Positions 10,127 through 19,120 of a stretch of DNA of 38,362 nt are shown here, piece by piece. Positions within the stretch are counted from its first letter, which is position 1. Each line of letters opens with the position of its first letter. The translations under genes were made by a program, and so were the position numbers. The notes beneath the pieces were generated by a model that was given only the letters and a program-made list of their open reading frames with translations, was not told the DNA's origin and searched no databases. The DNA is taken from NCBI GenBank assembly GCA_003574845.1, contig NDHY01000003.1, positions 64,646 through 103,007 on the forward strand. Direction: 5' to 3'. The DNA comes from a candidate division NPL-UPA2 bacterium Unc8 (GTDB taxonomy: Bacteria; NPL-UPA2).

Positions 10127-11256
10127 TGATGAAGATACCCTTACTTGACCTGAGAGCGCAATATGCGGTGATTAAAGATGAGATAATGCTTGCTGTTGAA
10201 GAGGTATTGGAAGCCCAATATTTTATTCTTGGTCCCAAAGTAATGAAAATAGAAGAGGAAATAGCCCACTACTGTAATGCCAGATATGCAATTGGGCTAT
10301 CTTCCGGCACCGATGCTCTCCTTGCAAGCCTGATGGCTATTAATATTGAACCGGGCGATGCCATTATTACTACTCCTTACTCTTTTTTTGCCACTGTAGA
10401 AGTAATTATCAGATTAGGAGCAACACCGATATTTGTGGACATTGACCCCCTAACCTATAATCTAAGTACGGACAAACTGAAAGAGCTTTTTGAGAAAGGA
10501 GAGAAGAAACCCAGGGCAATAATTCCGGTTCATCTTTACGGTCAGTGCGCCGAGATGAATGACATAATGACGCTCGCCAGAGAACAAAAAATAAAGGTTA
10601 TTGAAGATGCTGCCCAGGCAATAGGGGCAAAGTACAGAGAAAATTTTGCCGGCGCAATAGGAGATATGGGTTGTTTTTCTTTCTTCCCAAGTAAAAACCT
10701 GGGCGGATATGGCGATGGAGGCATGGTGATAACTAATAGCCCTGATTTAGCGAAAAAACTGAAATCTCTGCGAGTTCACGGTGTTGGTGATGCACATCAC
10801 TACCATATGATTGGAGGAAACTTTCGCCTTGACGCCCTTCAAGCTGCTGTTCTATCCGTTAAGCTAAAGTATCTGGACAACTGGACGGAAAAACGGAGGC
10901 ACAATGCCAATACTTACAACAGCCTCTTTAAAGAATACGGGCTTTGTTCTATTCAGACGCCACACTCTCTCCCTGAAAATTTTCATGTGTATAACCAATA
11001 TGTTATCAGAGCTTCAAACCGCGATAAACTGCAAGAATCGCTCAAAGCAGAAGGAGTAAACACAGCGGTATATTACCCAATTCCGCTTCACCTCCAGCCC
11101 TGCTTCTCTTGTCTCGGCTACAAGAAAGGAGATTTCCCGGAAGCTGAAAAGGCATCAAGAGAAACCCTCGCTCTCCCTATTTATCCAGAGCTTACCTTAA
11201 AGCAGCAAGAATACATAGTAAGAAAAATAGCAATGATAAAGGAAAGAAGGCTGTAG
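10123..11256 (+). CDS. DegT/DnrJ/EryC1/StrS PLP-dependent sugar aminotransferase
   Basis: SSGTDAL, PVHLYGQ, IEDAAQA, SFFPSKNLG (PLP lysine). Confidence 0.95.
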   Translation: MMMKIPLLDLRAQYAVIKDEIMLAVEEVLEAQYFILGPKVMKIEEEIAHYCNARYAIGLSSGTDALLASLMAINIEPGDAIITTPYSFFATVEVIIRLGATPIFVDIDPLTYNLSTDKLKELFEKGEKKPRAIIPVHLYGQCAEMNDIMTLAREQKIKVIEDAAQAIGAKYRENFAGAIGDMGCFSFFPSKNLGGYGDGGMVITNSPDLAKKLKSLRVHGVGDAHHYHMIGGNFRLDALQAAVLSVKLKYLDNWTEKRRHNANTYNSLFKEYGLCSIQTPHSLPENFHVYNQYVIRASNRDKLQESLKAEGVNTAVYYPIPLHLQPCFSCLGYKKGDFPEAEKASRETLALPIYPELTLKQQEYIVRKIAMIKERRL

Positions 11257-11295
11257 AGGGAGGGTTGAATTTGATGAGTAAAATAGGTAAAGATA

Positions 11296-12033
11296 ATGGA
11301 AAAGATTGGAATTATTCCTGCCAGGTATAACTCAAGAAGACTTCCGGGAAAACCTCTTCTTGATATTTGCGGAAAAACGATTATAGAGAGAGTATACCGG
11401 CAGGCAGAAGCAGCAAAAGTTTTGGACAGGATAATCGTCGCTACAGACGATGAGCGGATTATGAGAGAAGTCAGGAGATTCGGCGGAGAAGTTCTCCTTG
11501 TGCGAGGACAATTCAGCTCAGGAAGTGACCGTGTAGCCGCAACTGCTGCCAGGCTAAGGCTTCCCAACTCGGCAATTATCGTCAATATTCAGTGCGATGC
11601 TCCCCTACTCCCTCCCGCGATGATTAAGGCACTTCTGAAGCCGCTCCTCAAAAACCATTCAATTCCCGTAAGTGCGCTCTATGCCAAAATAAAAGATGAG
11701 AAAGAGCTAATGAAAACTGACATTGTCAAAGTTGTCGTTGACTGCAATGAATTTGCTCTCTTTTTCTCACGCCTTCCCATTCCATATTTTAGAGACCAGA
11801 AACGAATAAATCATTACAAGCATATCGGCCCTTACGCCTATTGCAAATTATTCTTGCACAAGTTAGCAAAAATGCCTCCAACGCCGCTTGAGAAGGCAGA
11901 AAAATTAGAGCAGCTTCGAATACTGGAAAATGGCTACCGGATTAAAATGGTAAAAACGAGACAGGGCTGTCCGGAAGTAGATACACCGGAAGATATAAGA
12001 GAGGTAAGAAAACTGTGTTCGCATTCAGAATAG
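11296..12033 (+). CDS. kdsB: 3-deoxy-manno-octulosonate cytidylyltransferase (CMP-Kdo synthetase)
   Basis: IIPARYNSRRLPGKPL, ATDDERI, SGSDR, FSRLPIP, HIG, EKLEQLR, VDTPED. Confidence 0.9.
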   Translation: MEKIGIIPARYNSRRLPGKPLLDICGKTIIERVYRQAEAAKVLDRIIVATDDERIMREVRRFGGEVLLVRGQFSSGSDRVAATAARLRLPNSAIIVNIQCDAPLLPPAMIKALLKPLLKNHSIPVSALYAKIKDEKELMKTDIVKVVVDCNEFALFFSRLPIPYFRDQKRINHYKHIGPYAYCKLFLHKLAKMPPTPLEKAEKLEQLRILENGYRIKMVKTRQGCPEVDTPEDIREVRKLCSHSE

Positions 12034-13160
12034 TTCCTGAGATAATTTTTGGCTGCGGAGTTGCTGATAGAATTGGTACCGAGGTAAAGAAAATTGGAGC
12101 AAAGAAAGTTCTTATAGTGAGCGATGCAGGAATAGGAAATGCCGGATTGATAAGTAAGGTAGAGAAATTCTTACATCAAGAAGGAATAAGCAATGAAACT
12201 TTCACTGATGTCCCTCCAGAGCCATGGGTAGATGTGGCGGATGAGGCAGGAAGCCTCGCACGAGAATGCGACCTCGTTCTTGGATTGGGAGGAGGCAGCG
12301 TTATGGATATAGCCAAAGCCGCCGCAGTGCTTGCTAAAAATGAAGGTAAGGCAAGTGATTATCAGGGAATGAACAAAGTCCATGCGCCAGGGCTGCCCAA
12401 AATAATGATGCCCACCACTGCAGGAACAGGGAGCGAAGTTACTTTTACTTCCGTACTCTCAAATAGACCGGTTGGAAAAGGAGGAATTAATAGTCCGTAT
12501 CTATTTCCCGAGATGGCACTGCTTGACCCGCTTCTGACACTTTCTATGCCTCCTGCGATAACCGCAGCGACCGGAATGGACGCCTTAACCCATGCCATTG
12601 AAGCCTACACTTCACAACAAGCGAATCCAATGACTGATATTTTTGCCCTGAAAGCAATAGAATTAATTTCAAAGAATCTACCTATTGCCTTTAATGATGG
12701 GGGCAATCTTACGGCAAGAGAAAACATGCTTATGGGAAGCCTTTTAGGCGGCATTGCCATCGCAAATGCAGGTGTGGGAGCAACCCATGCCCTTGCTTAC
12801 CCGTTAGGAGGATTTTACAGGGTTCCACATGGAATTAGCAACGCTCTCCTGCTGCCATACATTATGGAATTTAACTACAAATCCGCGGAGAAAAAATTTG
12901 CCCAAATCGGGAAAGTAATGGGAGGAAATTCCGACAATCTCTCACAGGAGAATGCAGCGCTGATGGCAATTACGGCAGTTCGCAAGCTTTTGCACAATGT
13001 TCAGATACCAGCTAAAATAAAAAAAATAGGTGTAGAGATAAAAAAGTACTCGCTGGAAGAAATGGCTGCAGCAGCTATGGGAGTAAGCCGCCCGTTAGAG
13101 AATAATCCAAGAAAATTAACATCTGAAGATGCAATTAAAATATACAAACAAGCTTATTAA
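12015..13160 (+). CDS. Iron-containing alcohol dehydrogenase
   Basis: GGGSVMD, PTTAGTGSE, DALTHAIE, H...HG metal ligands; overlaps kdsB end. Confidence 0.9.
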   Translation: MFAFRIVPEIIFGCGVADRIGTEVKKIGAKKVLIVSDAGIGNAGLISKVEKFLHQEGISNETFTDVPPEPWVDVADEAGSLARECDLVLGLGGGSVMDIAKAAAVLAKNEGKASDYQGMNKVHAPGLPKIMMPTTAGTGSEVTFTSVLSNRPVGKGGINSPYLFPEMALLDPLLTLSMPPAITAATGMDALTHAIEAYTSQQANPMTDIFALKAIELISKNLPIAFNDGGNLTARENMLMGSLLGGIAIANAGVGATHALAYPLGGFYRVPHGISNALLLPYIMEFNYKSAEKKFAQIGKVMGGNSDNLSQENAALMAITAVRKLLHNVQIPAKIKKIGVEIKKYSLEEMAAAAMGVSRPLENNPRKLTSEDAIKIYKQAY

Positions 13161-13257
13161 TGTTATCATAGTCTACAGGGATCGGTTTCCAGGGCTCAGG
13201 GAAAATCCGTGACAACTGACAACTGATAACTAGCAACTGAAATACTACGGAGGAAAA

Positions 13258-13401
13258 ATGCCAAAAAGAACATATCAGCCATCTAATACAAAAAGAAATC
13301 GCTCCATCGGTTTCTTGGTGCGAATGCGAACGAGGTCAGGAAGGAAAATCATCAAAAGGCAGCGGCAAAAGGGACGGTGGGAACTTACAATGTTATTATA
13401 A
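13258..13401 (+). CDS. rpmH: 50S ribosomal protein L34 (not in the ORF track)
   Basis: Translates [55 protein letters not shown] at 13249-13253. Confidence 0.93.
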   Translation: MPKRTYQPSNTKRNRSIGFLVRMRTRSGRKIIKRQRQKGRWELTMLL

Positions 13402-13470
13402 GCCAGAATTCAGGAGTCAGAATTCAGAATAAAATAATCAACTCCTGACTACTGGGTTCTGGATTCTGGC
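13402..13470. repeat. Inverted pair of heptamer tracts between convergent rpmH and purF
   Basis: GCCAGAAT...ATTCTGGC terminal arms; GCCAGAATTCAGRAGTCAGAAT also at 26651-26672 (21/22 identical). Confidence 0.75.
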
Positions 13471-13485
13471 TTTAGGGTCTGTGCC

Positions 13486-14889
13486 TTACTCTTCCAATCT
13501 ATGCTTTGCTATCTCTTCATTAGGTTTGAGCGGATAATCAGCATTAAAGCAGGCAGTGCAAAATTCTTTACTATCAACAGGCATTGCCTGTAATAATCCA
13601 TCAAGACTGAGGTACTCTAAGCTATCTACCCCGAGATGCTGGCGAATCTCCTCTATTTCGCGAGAGGAGGCTATCAGCTCCCCTTTTGCTTGAAAATCTA
13701 TACCGTAGTAACACGGGAAACGGTGGGGAGGACAACTTATCCGCAGGTGCACTTCCCGCGCCCCGGCCCGCCGCAGGGTATTCATTCGCGTGCGGCCGGT
13801 CGTTCCTCTAACAATAGAGTCATCAATAACGACTACTTTTTTCCCACGAAAGAGACTTTTTATTGGACTAAGCTTTACGCGCACCTGAAAATCTCTGATT
13901 GACTGTGTCGGCTGAATAAATGTACGACCAATATAATGATTTCTGACCATTCCCATCTCAAATGGAAGTCCGGATTCTTCGGCAAAACCAAGAGCAGCAT
14001 AGTTAGCGGCATCCGGGACCGGCACTACCAAATCCCCGTCAGCGGCCATCTCAAGAGCCATCTTTCGCCCTATCATCTTTCGGGTAAGACAAACATTTCC
14101 GCCAAATATATTACTATCAGGTCGGGCAAAATAGATATATTCAAAAATACAGAAGGAATGTTTCTTCTTTGGAAATGGTGTTAGTGAGTGCAGCCCATTT
14201 TTATCAATAAAGATTACTTCCCCCGGCTCTACATCCCGCAAATATTCTGCCCCTATCAAATCAAGAGCACAGGTTTCAGAGGCAATTATATGAGCATTGT
14301 CTATTTTCCCCAGGCAGAGAGGACGAAAACCATATGGGTCGCGGGCAGCAATGAGCATATCTCCTGCCAGAAAGACGAAGGAATAAGCACCCTTTAACTG
14401 AGAAATGGAGTGAACAATTTTTTCCGCAAAGTCCTTCTTTCGAGAGCGAGCGATGAGATGAATAATTATTTCACTATCCATTGTTGATTGAAAAACTGAG
14501 CCCAAAGATTCTAAATGATTTCGTAATTGGGTGGAGTTTACAAGATTACCATTATGAGCAACTGCCAATTGACCTCCGCCGGCATAATCAACGAGAAATG
14601 GCTGAATATTCCTCGCCGCAGAAGAGCCTGTGGTTGAATAACGAACATGTCCAATGCTAAGATGCCCTGGAAGTAATTTATCAAACCTCCCGCCAAATAC
14701 ATCGGCTACCAACCCCATGCCCAGATAAGACTTTGCTTTTTTACCGTTAGCAGCGACAATCCCGGCACTCTCCTCGCCACGGTGCTGTAAAGCGTAAAGT
14801 CCCAGGTAGGTCAATTCTGCAGCGGATTGATGCCCATAAATACCAAAAACCCCGCAAGCCTCTTTCGGTCTGTCATTTTCCATCATCAT
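13486..14889 (-). CDS. purF: Amidophosphoribosyltransferase
   Basis: Propeptide then CGVFG, QHRGEESAG, GHVRYST, VIDDSIVRGTT, Fe-S cysteines (CTAC). Confidence 0.97.
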   Translation of the reverse strand: MMMENDRPKEACGVFGIYGHQSAAELTYLGLYALQHRGEESAGIVAANGKKAKSYLGMGLVADVFGGRFDKLLPGHLSIGHVRYSTTGSSAARNIQPFLVDYAGGGQLAVAHNGNLVNSTQLRNHLESLGSVFQSTMDSEIIIHLIARSRKKDFAEKIVHSISQLKGAYSFVFLAGDMLIAARDPYGFRPLCLGKIDNAHIIASETCALDLIGAEYLRDVEPGEVIFIDKNGLHSLTPFPKKKHSFCIFEYIYFARPDSNIFGGNVCLTRKMIGRKMALEMAADGDLVVPVPDAANYAALGFAEESGLPFEMGMVRNHYIGRTFIQPTQSIRDFQVRVKLSPIKSLFRGKKVVVIDDSIVRGTTGRTRMNTLRRAGAREVHLRISCPPHRFPCYYGIDFQAKGELIASSREIEEIRQHLGVDSLEYLSLDGLLQAMPVDSKEFCTACFNADYPLKPNEEIAKHRLEE

Positions 14890-14897
14890 AAGCCCCT

Positions 14898-14926
14898 AGT
14901 ATATCACATGTAACTACTCAGGTAAA
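14898..14926 (-). promoter_or_regulatory. Putative purF promoter (extended -10)
   Basis: TTTACC-17 nt-TATACT with TG at the extended position. Confidence 0.5.
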
Positions 14927-14989
14927 TAGATTGAAACAATCATTGATAAGCATGCCCCGATGCAAATCGGGGTCGCACCGCTACTCTGT

Positions 14990-15230
14990 TGGTAACTGGT
15001 CAATGGTCAATAGTAAATGGTCAATGGTCAATAGTCACCAATCACTAATCACTAATTTCCAATTTCCAATTTCCAATTTTCAATTTCTAATTTTCAATTA
15101 ATTTTCAATGACCTAATTTCTAATTTCTAATTTTGAATTTTGCATTGTAATTTTGACTTTTGAGTTTGTTTCGAGTTTCGAGCTTCGTATTTAGAGTTTA
15201 AGCTTCTTTGTGCCTTTGTGCCTTTGTGCC
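14990..15230. repeat. Mosaic tract of consecutive 7-8 nt tandem repeat families
   Basis: TGGTCAA, CACTAAT, CAATTTC/TAATTTC, ATTTTGA, TTTCGAG runs, then (CTTTGTGC)x3. Confidence 0.9.
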
Positions 15231-15233
15231 TGC

Positions 15234-15258
15234 TCAGATAGATAGCTTATCTATCTGA
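15234..15258. terminator. Perfect 11-bp hairpin downstream of the MMPL stop
   Basis: TCAGATAGATA-GCT-TATCTATCTGA; no U-tract on the - strand, so terminator role is uncertain. Confidence 0.35.
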
Positions 15259-15262
15259 TTTG

Positions 15263-18238
15263 TTACATTTTTAATCTTTTTTTTAATTCTACCTCTATCA
15301 TTTCTTTTCTTTTTTTAATTTCCGATTCTATCATTTCCCTTCCTTTTTTAAAATCTTCTCTTGCTCTCAAGATTAACTCTTCAGCTATTTGCTCAAGCGG
15401 ACCTATAAACCTTGACCTTGTTGCTACAATCAGCACAGGGAGTAGTGTCATTGACGATGATGAGGCAATCACCATACTCAAAGCGAGTAGATAGCCAAAC
15501 CTTTGCATGGGAACGATGTCTGCCAGGCCCAATACAAGGAAGCCTGCCCCCACCGAGGAGGCATTGATAACAATTGCCTTTCCTGTAGTAGTCCATGTAT
15601 TACTTAGCGCTATTGGCTCGGACTTCGTCCGGGCAAGTTCAAACTTGAATCGTGATACAAAGTGAATTGTGTAATCAATCCCAATGCCTACAATTACGCT
15701 TGCAGCCGTAATTGTAATCACATCCACCGGCATATTAAAAATTACCATCACAATGAAATTAATGAGCAGGGTAAAGAAAATCGGGGAGAGAGAAATCAAT
15801 CCGCCGATTAGTGATTTTAACCGCAGGGCAGAGAGAGCAAAAATTAGAAAAACGGCAATTGAGAGACTTTCCACCAAGCTTCTTACTAATATTCTGTCAT
15901 ATTCCAGCATTACTATATGCATTCCTGCCTGACTAACTGTTGAGATAACCCTGTTTTCAACATTATCTAATTCGGCAAAGTCAGCGTATCTCAAACTGTC
16001 TATTCCTGCCCAATCTTCATTTATCTCCCATAGCTTATTTCTTAAAGTTTCACGGTTAAAACCGGGCAGAAGAGGCGCAATTTCTGTAACAAGGAAATCA
16101 ACTCTCGCTCGCTTCCCGTCAATATTTATAATTTCTAAAATATCTTCAGCTATCCATTTCACCATCACCGGGTCTTCTGCATACAATTGTGGAGCATTTT
16201 TTCCTATAATGGAAATAAGCTCCTTATAATCTGGAGTTCTTATCAGTAATCTCCCTGTAATGTCATTAGCAATTGTGGCAATGATTTCTTCTGACAGATT
16301 TGTTTCTTCAGTTAAATACTCATAAAACTTTGTCCTCAGTATCTCTCCTGCATTGCGGTCAAATTGACCCTTAACAGCTTCTGTAGCGGATATAGCGATT
16401 AATTCTCCTACATTAAGTGGGATATCAGCAATTCCTTTCTTCTCAGCCTCCCAGCTTATTCGGGACAGGATTCGTTTCACCCTCTCTCTTTTCAGCACTT
16501 CAACCAATTCAGGAGCAGCGGAAGCAATTTCTACTCTTATCATATCTGTCCTCAGCTCTTCCTCTAAATAGCGGTTGATTGCCTCCACTACTTCAATAGT
16601 TTCTCTTTTATCTGCTGTACCCAATCTGAGCATAATAAGGGCTGCCGTAGCATCTTTATTTACCATATGAGGAAACATGGGGTGTTTTTCAAGAAAACCC
16701 CAGAGAAAGTCTATATCTCCTCTTGTCTCCGGGATGGTATAATGTCCAACCATGCGGCCATATGCCCTCTGAATCAGGTCAGCAATGGAGAAAGGATAGT
16801 TAATGTTGTATTGAAGTTCCAGATATTCCTGCAACCTGAGCATCTCCCGCAGCACAAGAGGGTCCTTCATATCCCCTTCAACTAACAGCTTAATAGGGAT
16901 GATAGAGCCGCCAAATTTATCCATCATCATTTCTTCAGTTTTTCTGAGTGGAGCCTCCTCTTCAAGAAACTCAATTAAGTTAGTTTCCCACCTCAAGCGG
17001 GGAACTACAAGTAGTCCCACTATTCCAAAAATAACACACCCGGCGATAAGGAAATTTTTATTTCTGAGTGTAAGCTCTCCTACTTTTTCTATAGCTCTTG
17101 TTATCCGGGTGTCTTGACTGTATTCCCTCCGGGGCTTGCCTTTTCTAACTTTCAAAAAGGAAAGGCATGCAGGTAGAAAAGATAGCGATATGCCTGTAGC
17201 AAGCATTGTGCCTATGCCGGTGAAAAATCCAAATTCCCGCACCACCCACATCTCAGCAGTAAGAAATGAGAAGAAGCCAATTGAAGTAGTAATGCCAGCC
17301 AGTAATATGGGAACACTCACTTTGCTCAGAGCGTTTTTTATCTCCTGGATTCTATTCTCTTCACTGCAAATATCTTCCCTGTATTTAGAAATCATGTGAA
17401 TCCCATAGGCACTTCCAATGGCGATAAGTATTATCGGCATAACAGCTGAAATAAAAGTAAGTGGACTTCCAATTAAACCCATTATTCCCAGCGTCTGAAT
17501 AGCGCTAATCAATATGGTGATAAGTGGAAGAAAGATACCATATAAGCTCTTGAAGCTGACATAGAGGACAACTGCTGAAACTATAATGGCAATCGGGATG
17601 AGCTTTCTTAAATTGTTTAAAATAAGCTCTGTGCTGAAGAGAATAAAGAATGGCCCACCACTGAAATGAATTTTTTCATCACCCGTGGTGTTGTGAACAA
17701 TTTCTTTTATCTGGTGCCCGATTGATATTAAGTCTACATCTCCCACGGTGACAGTAATCAATGTAGTGCTGCCATCTTCAGAAACCATGAGCCCCCTCAG
17801 GAGGTCATCGGCGAGAACGCGCTCTCTCAAATTTCTAAATCCTTCAGGGTTCTGCGGGAGATTATCAATATCAATGATTCTGGTGGGTCCTAATCCCTTC
17901 TCAGTCCTGCTGACATCAGTGACATTGGTCAGGCTTATTACCGAGACAATCTCATCCGTCGCTTCAAGACCGCGGGTAATTTCATCTACTCTTCTCAAGG
18001 TGTAATAATTAAAGACATCTTCTGTTTCCAGCGCCACTGCGGCTATGGTATAAATTCCAAATTCGTCCATAACTCTGGCGAGAAGCATCGCTGAAGGCTC
18101 ATCTTCATCCAGGTAACCTCCAGGGTCAGCGTCAATTTTGAGGTCTCCCAAAAAATAACCAAAGAAGAGAGTAGCGGCAATGGTTACTACTATAATTGGC
18201 AGGCGGAATTTGAGAATTAATTCAGCGAATTTCTGCAC
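15263..18238 (-). CDS. MMPL/RND family transporter
   Basis: Two repeats of TM + soluble domain + TM bundle; AIGSAYGIH, GIGIDYTIH, TTGKAI. Confidence 0.9.
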   Translation of the reverse strand: MQKFAELILKFRLPIIVVTIAATLFFGYFLGDLKIDADPGGYLDEDEPSAMLLARVMDEFGIYTIAAVALETEDVFNYYTLRRVDEITRGLEATDEIVSVISLTNVTDVSRTEKGLGPTRIIDIDNLPQNPEGFRNLRERVLADDLLRGLMVSEDGSTTLITVTVGDVDLISIGHQIKEIVHNTTGDEKIHFSGGPFFILFSTELILNNLRKLIPIAIIVSAVVLYVSFKSLYGIFLPLITILISAIQTLGIMGLIGSPLTFISAVMPIILIAIGSAYGIHMISKYREDICSEENRIQEIKNALSKVSVPILLAGITTSIGFFSFLTAEMWVVREFGFFTGIGTMLATGISLSFLPACLSFLKVRKGKPRREYSQDTRITRAIEKVGELTLRNKNFLIAGCVIFGIVGLLVVPRLRWETNLIEFLEEEAPLRKTEEMMMDKFGGSIIPIKLLVEGDMKDPLVLREMLRLQEYLELQYNINYPFSIADLIQRAYGRMVGHYTIPETRGDIDFLWGFLEKHPMFPHMVNKDATAALIMLRLGTADKRETIEVVEAINRYLEEELRTDMIRVEIASAAPELVEVLKRERVKRILSRISWEAEKKGIADIPLNVGELIAISATEAVKGQFDRNAGEILRTKFYEYLTEETNLSEEIIATIANDITGRLLIRTPDYKELISIIGKNAPQLYAEDPVMVKWIAEDILEIINIDGKRARVDFLVTEIAPLLPGFNRETLRNKLWEINEDWAGIDSLRYADFAELDNVENRVISTVSQAGMHIVMLEYDRILVRSLVESLSIAVFLIFALSALRLKSLIGGLISLSPIFFTLLINFIVMVIFNMPVDVITITAASVIVGIGIDYTIHFVSRFKFELARTKSEPIALSNTWTTTGKAIVINASSVGAGFLVLGLADIVPMQRFGYLLALSMVIASSSSMTLLPVLIVATRSRFIGPLEQIAEELILRAREDFKKGREMIESEIKKRKEMIEVELKKRLKM

Positions 18239-18307
18239 TTTTTTGTCCTCAGGTTAACCGACACCTAACTCTCTACTCTCTAATTTCCAATTTCTAATTT
18301 CTACTCT

Positions 18308-19120
18308 CTAAGTTCCCACTTTTACCACACTAACAATGCTTTTTAATGTGGCAATTGCCGAAAAGACAGCCAGATAACTTGTGCGTGGATTATCCGGGGA
18401 AAGAAAATTCTCAGTAGAGCTATAAATGCGACCAAATTCCCCTATAACCTCCATTTCGTGAACATTTCGCTTGAGCTTCGGGTTGACGATAATCTTCACC
18501 ACTGTCTCCTCAGGACCAAGACTCACCAAAGACAAGGTTGCGGCAACGTTAACATTTTGAGGGAATCCAGCCACTGCCTGGGCAACATTTCCTGTAAATA
18601 TTAACATTTCTTTCCTGACTGCCCCAAGATTAATCCTATTTTTTACGACATAAGGAGCTCCCTCTAATCCATGCGGATGTTTCCTGATGGTAAGGGTAGC
18701 CGATGTTATTTTACCAACTGATGCTGATTTAACCCCATCCAATCCTGCCAGCGCTCCTGATGGAATATAGATGCGCCGCTTTCTCTTAAAGGCAAGTGCA
18801 AATAAATCTTCTCTTCCAATCAACCCGCTACTGGAGAGCACCATAATCTCTTTGCCTTGCTCCAGTGTCTCTGCCACCAGCGCTCCTACTACCTCTTTTG
18901 CAGCGCACTCAACCACCAGGTCAACGGCAGCAATTAATTTAGTGATGTCTAAGACGGCAGGTTGCGGGAGGAGAGAAGATGCTAATTTTTCTGCCTTCTC
19001 GCTTTGAGTGTCACACACTGCCTTCAGATTTAGCTCAGGAATTTCTTGATTAATGGCACAAGAGAGCCTGCTCCCAATCGTCCCGCAGCCAACTATTCCA
19101 ATGTTCAGCTTTGTCTCCAA
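18308..19120 (-). CDS. nadX: L-aspartate dehydrogenase
   Basis: GCGTIG, VVECA, PSGALAGLD, FPQNVNVAA, NPRTSYLA. Confidence 0.9.
   Translation of the reverse strand: METKLNIGIVGCGTIGSRLSCAINQEIPELNLKAVCDTQSEKAEKLASSLLPQPAVLDITKLIAAVDLVVECAAKEVVGALVAETLEQGKEIMVLSSSGLIGREDLFALAFKRKRRIYIPSGALAGLDGVKSASVGKITSATLTIRKHPHGLEGAPYVVKNRINLGAVRKEMLIFTGNVAQAVAGFPQNVNVAATLSLVSLGPEETVVKIIVNPKLKRNVHEMEVIGEFGRIYSSTENFLSPDNPRTSYLAVFSAIATLKSIVSVVKVGT

Noticed and set aside
10123-13160. Phosphonate biosynthesis (cytidylyltransferase + Fe-ADH)
   Set aside because: No PEP mutase or phosphonopyruvate decarboxylase in the window; the transferase is KdsB-type
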